From Phoronis australis (taxonomy: Eukaryota > Animalia > Phoronida), in NCBI GenBank assembly GCA_002633005.1, contig NMRA01000187.1:239208-303207 (forward strand): 64,000 nucleotides of DNA, written 5' to 3'. The notes beneath the pieces were generated by a model that saw only the letters and a list, made by a program, of their open reading frames with translations, ran no database searches and had not been told where the DNA came from. Position numbers and translations under genes: made by a program. Below, in pieces: positions 58,161 through 64,000 of this stretch. Numbering within the stretch: position 1 is the stretch's first letter; the number at the start of each line of letters is the position of its first letter.

Positions 58161-58316
58161 TTAAAATACATCAAAGGTCTCCGTATTGGGCACCTAAATA
58201 TAGTGTCGCTAACTGACCAAATTGATGATCTGCGTTTTATTATGAGTCAAAAACCCATCGATATTGTTTGCATGAATGAAACACGGCTCTTCTCTATCAT
58301 CGATGATTCTGATTGA
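58161..58316 (+). pseudogene. LINE (CR1/L2-like) ORF2 apurinic-endonuclease N-terminal fragment
   Basis: KGLRIGHLNIVSLTDQIDDLRFIMSQKPIDIVCMNETRL matches the APE LNI.SL / DI...NET.L motifs. Confidence 0.75.
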
Positions 58317-59743
58317 ATAGAAGCCATGGCACCGCAACACGGGAAGGTGGTGGGGAGGGGGGGGCTCGAATTTGTCAGTATGTGTATCCTTCACTGAAAA
58401 AACGGGGACTAAAAAACGGGGTGTTATGACGTTCAGACTTATGAATTGTGCATTCGCGCTAAATTCCTGTGGACTTTTGTTTCGTTTTCTCGGACATTTT
58501 CTTCTCTTGACACGGACCGTTTTGCCCACTTCACCAAATTGGGAAGCTCGTTCGAGCCCCCTCAAGCTCACCCTGCAGGGTATTGAGTACTTGTATTGCA
58601 CGTAATTCACTACGTGCGCGCGGTGTTCATAAAGTCACGTGGGTTTCCGTAAAACTATTGTCTAATACAATTAGGTAGTTTCTGAGGATTTGATTGGGCT
58701 ACTGTTCTTTTGTCGAAAGCTATTTGCCAGCACGAAAGAGAAGGAAACCACAAATGGAGCACTGTACATTTATCTTTCGCTTTTAATAATAGCTTAGCCA
58801 GTCACCAGCGAATAAATACAAACAAAAGCGGCCTGGTGCATTATTGATCGGTGGTACATGCTCGGGTGTACAAACCTCCACGGTTGGGTAGCCTTCGATC
58901 ATTGCAAAGGACTTGTGGAAGACACCGGGGACCAGCTAGCCTAGCACCCTCAAGTGAGTAGTTCCTATCAGGTAAAAGTTATTAGCATTCCGCGAGTTAT
59001 GGTAACGCTTGAGCCGGGCACAGCAAAGTACAAACGAAGTAGTGACCCAATATTAAGTTGACTGATGTACTCGCGCCATGACGATGCGGGGTAACAATAG
59101 GTACCTTGTTTTTGTATAATTACCTTAATTTTCAATCAAATTAAGTTTTACGTTACGTTTTAAATACAATTTTAATAGTATTTTGAGTGATAATCATAAG
59201 ATTTTGTTTCAAATGATGATTGAAGTTATTCTATGTTGTTTTTCGAAAACTGAAACTGAAACCATCCTTGTTCAGAGGGCGATTTGTGCGTGGCGTAGAC
59301 TTTAGCCTGGATATCAACAATACCCGGATGAGAGTAAAACCTACAAAGGGTGAACATTTTTTGAGCTTCAGAGCATCATATATTTCCAAAATGGCGGAAT
59401 CATTTTAAATTTAGCCAGGAGTTATGTCCCGCTTTGGCGTAATGCGGCATCCAAAACAAGAATTCGTTGAGGTTTATTTCATTGGTAAAATAATTTGGCC
59501 ATGTTTTGCTACTTTTCTTTTGTTATAGTTCACTAAAGACATTGGCGCGTGAACCTATCAATCACTGCAGAGTGTTATGAAGTCTACTTTCAGAAAATAC
59601 ACGAACTTGAGACAGAGTTACTGATAAAGTTAAAGTATAGACGTACCTAATTCAAGCCGACTGGAGGGGTGTTCAAAAACGAGGCTCGCTACGATAGCTC
59701 TGTTGGCTTATCGGCTTATAGTCTAGGTGTATTTCGCGTTCAG

Positions 59744-59832
59744 TGCTCGAACGGCTAGAAAAAGTGCGGAAAGTCAACTATCCGTTTTACAATTCCTAAG
59801 GACGTTAATATTCGGAAACGTTGGGTCGTTGT
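59744..59832 (+). pseudogene. THAP zinc-finger relic (DNA transposon derived)
   Basis: CSNG*KKCGKSTIRFTIPKDVNIRKRWVV resembles THAP CSN..F..PKD...R..W. Confidence 0.5.
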
Positions 59833-60978
59833 CACACGCTGCTACGAAGGAAAATATGTAAAATTTATAAATGTTTTCGAAAAGTTAGATCATATTTTGT
59901 CGCATCTCGGTTGTCGTGCACCTCAACGACCGGAGAATCTTCGGCCAGCCACATGCGCGCACCCAGCCTAAAATATAGGATGGCTCGAATTGTTTGGTAT
60001 GTGGCGCGGGGTGCTATTGTTGATGATCGGTAGACTTTTCCCTCACCCGACGAAAAAATCCCCTGCCTCTCAGAAGGCACTTGCACCTTTCCCCTCGAAT
60101 GAACGAGGGCCCTGAAGAAACATGATAACTATGCTTGCTCTGTCCAGTTAACTGAAATTGAGCTCTAAAACGAGGTTATGCTTTGGACGAACGAAGTAGG
60201 CGTTCTAAATTGAAAATTGAACTTGGTCCAGATTAATATTTGAAACCTAACACATGAAATAGATGTAAGAATTACTAAAACCTAATAAGCAGAAATGTTG
60301 GTCAAATATTTTTTATTTTCAATTACGAGCCTGGTTTTTATTTTATAAAAATATATTTAATAACATCAATTATTCTTTCAGATCAATGACAAATCAACTG
60401 TTAGTCCCAGTAATCCCTACCTCACCAGGACCTATGCAATGTTTGATGTTAATATTCTTGATCAACAAATCAAACCAGATGTGACTAATTGCACATGACA
60501 GCAAAATGCGATGGGCCACCACTGTTGAGAATACATGAAATGTTCAACTCGTCAACAATACAAGCAGATGATCTGGTTCGTGTAGAAAGCATTTCATCAA
60601 CAATTTTTCACGAAGTAACGTAACCCTGCGTTCAGCATCATACCTAATCTGTAGCACTACGACCTCTGCATGTTTACTTTTCATGTATCGAACGTAGCTT
60701 CCGAAAAAATATACCCTTGCGTCAGACAAATTTTTGGTGCGTTGGTTTGTTCTCTAATGTATTTTTCTACGTCTCTGTGGTTAATTATCGACACATTTTT
60801 AAGATTTAATACGCAGGTGAGTCGAAAAACCGGCCATTTAATTCACGCAACGTCAACTTCCGCTTTGTTTATCGCAGTGAGGCTCGCTTTGGATTTTGAT
60901 GTCCGCCGCGTGAATTAGGTCTTTAGCTCCTGAGTTAAAGTTACAGTACCTGTTAAAGGTATAGCCCCTGTTAAAATA

Positions 60979-61311
60979 GCCTTAAAGGTGTACGCCGGTA
61001 AATCAGACCTTAAAGGTGTACGCAGGTAAATCAGGCCTAAAGGTGTACGCAGGTAAGTCAGGCCTTAAAGATGTACGCAGGTAAATCAGGCCTTGAAGGT
61101 GTACTCAGGTAAATCAGGCCTAACGGTGTACGCAGGTAAACCAAGCCTTAAATATGTACTCAGGAAAATCACGCCTTGTAGGTATACGCAGGTAAATCAG
61201 GCCTTGAAGATGTACGCAGGTAAATCAGGCCTAAAGGTGTACGCAGGTAAATCAGACCTTAAAGATGTACGCAGGAAAATCAGGCCTTAAAGGTGTACGC
61301 AGGTAAATCAG
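60979..61311. repeat. 27-28-bp minisatellite
   Basis: ccttaaaggtgtacgcaggtaaatcagg. Confidence 0.9.
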
Positions 61312-62994
61312 TGCCTTTCGGAAAAGTGTCAGCGACTTCTACCGACATGTATTAACAAATTCGAGTTTGTTTTATTTATTTGAGCAAACTGTTCAATCCC
61401 CGAATTCAACGACAAAGGCGCTAATATTATTTTATCATTAAAAAAGAAAAACATTTTCACGGAATTAATTGTTAAAGTTGATTTAATTTATTTTCTCTGG
61501 GAATTTAAGGCACATTAGTACTGCACAGTAGTGCCTAGATTTACATGAAGGTTGTGTGTAACGTTTGGCGGCTATTTTGGGACTTGTGCTTTTGAATGGG
61601 AAAAGTCAAGTTTTTATCCGTGATCTACTTTTGATTCAAAATGGCAGCTGCCGTTTCCTTTCATTCTGTATCTCAGTGCTAATTGAGAGAGCGGGTGCGA
61701 TTTCAGGTTGCTGCCCAAACTTCTCAAATTGTCCAGCGGGCATCTGCTAAGAGGCGTACTATGACCACATTTAGAATTTAGAGAGAACGACCATTCTGAA
61801 TGTGTATGCTACGTACTTGCAGAGAGGTGGTAATTTTGGGCAGAAATAACTGTCAAATAGGGGATATTTGATCCTATTTTTTATGCCGGAATGTTTTCGC
61901 TGTGACTTAACCAATTAAAAGTTTGTAGCAAAATTAAGTTTTAGTGACATATATCATGAGTACTGCCTGTGAGTTGAGAATGATACAAAAATTTATTTTT
62001 TCAGACTCTTGATAAAAGCATGTTGAAAGCATTCGTCTCCACTTACAGCTGTAGTTGTGCGTCGGCAGCACCCTGTAATAACTTTAGTGTGCCGTCTTTT
62101 GCGTGTGAAAGTGGTTTTGTAAGATTTACCTCAGCGCAGAACCTGCTTCAATCTACATGTATAAAAGCCCTTTTTTGCACCCTGTCTCAACCAACATGAA
62201 AAAGGAAAGTACTCTCTACGGGTTTCTCAACGATGAAAAAAAATCATATATTTTTACTTTGCCAAGTCCATTGGAAAAAATGAGATGCAAAAATGACTAA
62301 AAATGTGCTGTTGACATCTTTTTACCTACCCTCTGTCACAGCGCCACCTATACTGAAAAGTGGCCGGGCTGTGGAAACATGATGAACACACACGGGATTC
62401 CTTGTTTGAGCATCAATGCACATGTCTTGGTTGGAATCGATGCTACTTGCTTACGGCTTTATGCAGTACTAGCGGGGTTCTCTTGATTTCGACATCGGTC
62501 ACTGCCCGTTTTAATAAATTGAAAATATTCTAGTCGAAGGTGGTCGCCATACTACGTAACAATAAACTGAAAGAGCTTTCCCTGATTTCAACCAATGGGA
62601 ATGACTGAATGTTATGGCGTCAGTTTCATTAATATAACCAATGAGAAGCTATGCTCAATAACATTCGACAGTGCTTCGTTTTGTAGAAAGTGAAAGTGTG
62701 TATTTTTTACCTGGAATCTCAAATTGACGACTACCCCGGAGATTTGTCAGTGGAGCCGCAGCTGGACTACTCTTAAATTCGCCAACCTGCCGATATTAGA
62801 TAAATTTGGCTAGTTTTCCAGTCAGCAAAGTAAAAATCCACGTAGAAGAAACAAATCACGTCCTCCTATGCCATTTTCACTGAGTCAATTGAACTTTCAG
62901 ATCTCAGTTGGAGTCTGTTAACCTACGACCTCGTACGTCACTACCGCAGTCAATGATTTTACATTTACAACCGCGTTCACCAATCATGCTTTCA

Positions 62995-63220
62995 CTAACG
63001 CCTTCACCAAGAATACATTCACTGTCGCCTTCATCAAGAATACATTCATTATTGCCTTAACCAATAATACAGTTCAGTATCGCCTTCACCAGCAATACAT
63101 TCACTGTCGCCTTCACCAAGAATACATTCACTGTCGCCTTCATCAAGAATACATTCACTGTCGCCTTCATCAAAAATACATTCACTGTCGCCTTCAGCAA
63201 AATTACATTCACTATCCCCT
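62995..63220. repeat. 30-bp minisatellite upstream of the ENPP exon
   Basis: cgccttcatcaagaatacattcactgt. Confidence 0.88.
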
Positions 63221-63337
63221 TCTTTAAACTTACAGTCACTATACCCCGTCACCAACACAACATCATCGTTTTCGCCTCTATTATCGCTGTCCTAAGATAC
63301 TGTTTATTATTTATGTTTCAGTCCTCACTCCCCAAAC

Positions 63338-63575
63338 ATGCTCCTCTCCCCCGTTCTCTGTGTCGGTCTCTGCCTCTCATCGTGGCTCGGCTGTTTTGTT
63401 CAAGCAAAAAGTTGGAAGACTCTGCTGGTATCTTTCGACGGCTTCCGGTCAGATTACTTCAAGAAAACCACATTACCTAACTTCAACAAACTTGCCAGAA
63501 TGGGCGTTAAAGCTGATAACGTCAAGAGTACCTTCAACACAAAAAGTTTCCCTACTCATTATTCAATAGCTACAG
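63338..63575 (+). CDS. Ectonucleotide pyrophosphatase/phosphodiesterase (ENPP4/5/6/7-type), first coding exon; gene continues beyond the window
   Basis: Signal peptide, then LLVSFDGFR and TKSFPTHYSIATG motifs; acceptor tttcag at 63321, donor G|gtaaag. Confidence 0.9.
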
Positions 63576-63677
63576 GTAAAGTTCGTATGAAAGGTGGACA
63601 TTAAATATCTATTTGTACAGCGGAAAAACAGACAAGAGTGAAACCCTTAAATCAAGGTTTAAGCAACAACAATAAGC

Positions 63678-64000
63678 CAAATGTCTGTTTGTGCATGGTA
63701 GTCTATTACGACCAAATGCCTGTTTGTGCATGGTTGTCTATTACGACCAAATGCCTGTTTGTGCATGGTAGCCTATTACGACCAAATGCATGCTTGTGCA
63801 TAATAGTCTATTACGACCAAATGCCTGTTTGTGCATGGTAGTCTGTTACGACCAAATGCCTGTTTGTGTATGGTAGTCTGTTACGACCAAATGCCTGTTT
63901 GTGTATGGTAGTCTATTACGACCAAATGCCTGTTTGTGCATGGTAGCCTATTACGACCAAATGCCTGTTTGTGCATGGTAGTCTATTACGACCAAATGCC
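63678..64000. repeat. About 35-bp minisatellite in the ENPP intron
   Basis: ccaaatgcctgtttgtgcatggtagtctattacga. Confidence 0.9.

Overview
This window is intron-rich, repeat-dense metazoan (probably marine invertebrate) genomic DNA from a draft assembly with N gaps. Most ORFs in the supplied track are spurious, so the gene models were rebuilt by hand from GT-AG splice sites with consistent codon phase. (1) Minus strand: a FUBP1/KHSRP/Psi-family four-KH-domain RNA-binding protein gene, with 13 coding exons from ATG 24206 down to 593, continuing beyond the window start. Two of its introns each carry a box H/ACA snoRNA resembling vertebrate E2/SNORA62. It also has a candidate poison exon, a candidate alternative first exon and alternative donors. 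(2) Plus strand: a complete 10-exon, 414-aa PLP-dependent class I/II aminotransferase (36513-54300). (3) Plus strand: the first coding exon of an ENPP4/5/6/7-type ectonucleotide pyrophosphatase/phosphodiesterase (63338-63575). The rest holds non-autonomous DNA transposons (a hAT-like MITE with 6-bp TSDs, plus Merlin-like, Tc1/pogo-like and Helentron/DINE-like elements), LINE, hAT and THAP relics, many minisatellites, and two gap-flanking duplications that are probably assembly artefacts. No wholly new biological system could be demonstrated. The best leads are the snoRNA/FUBP host arrangement and possible splicing autoregulation of FUBP.
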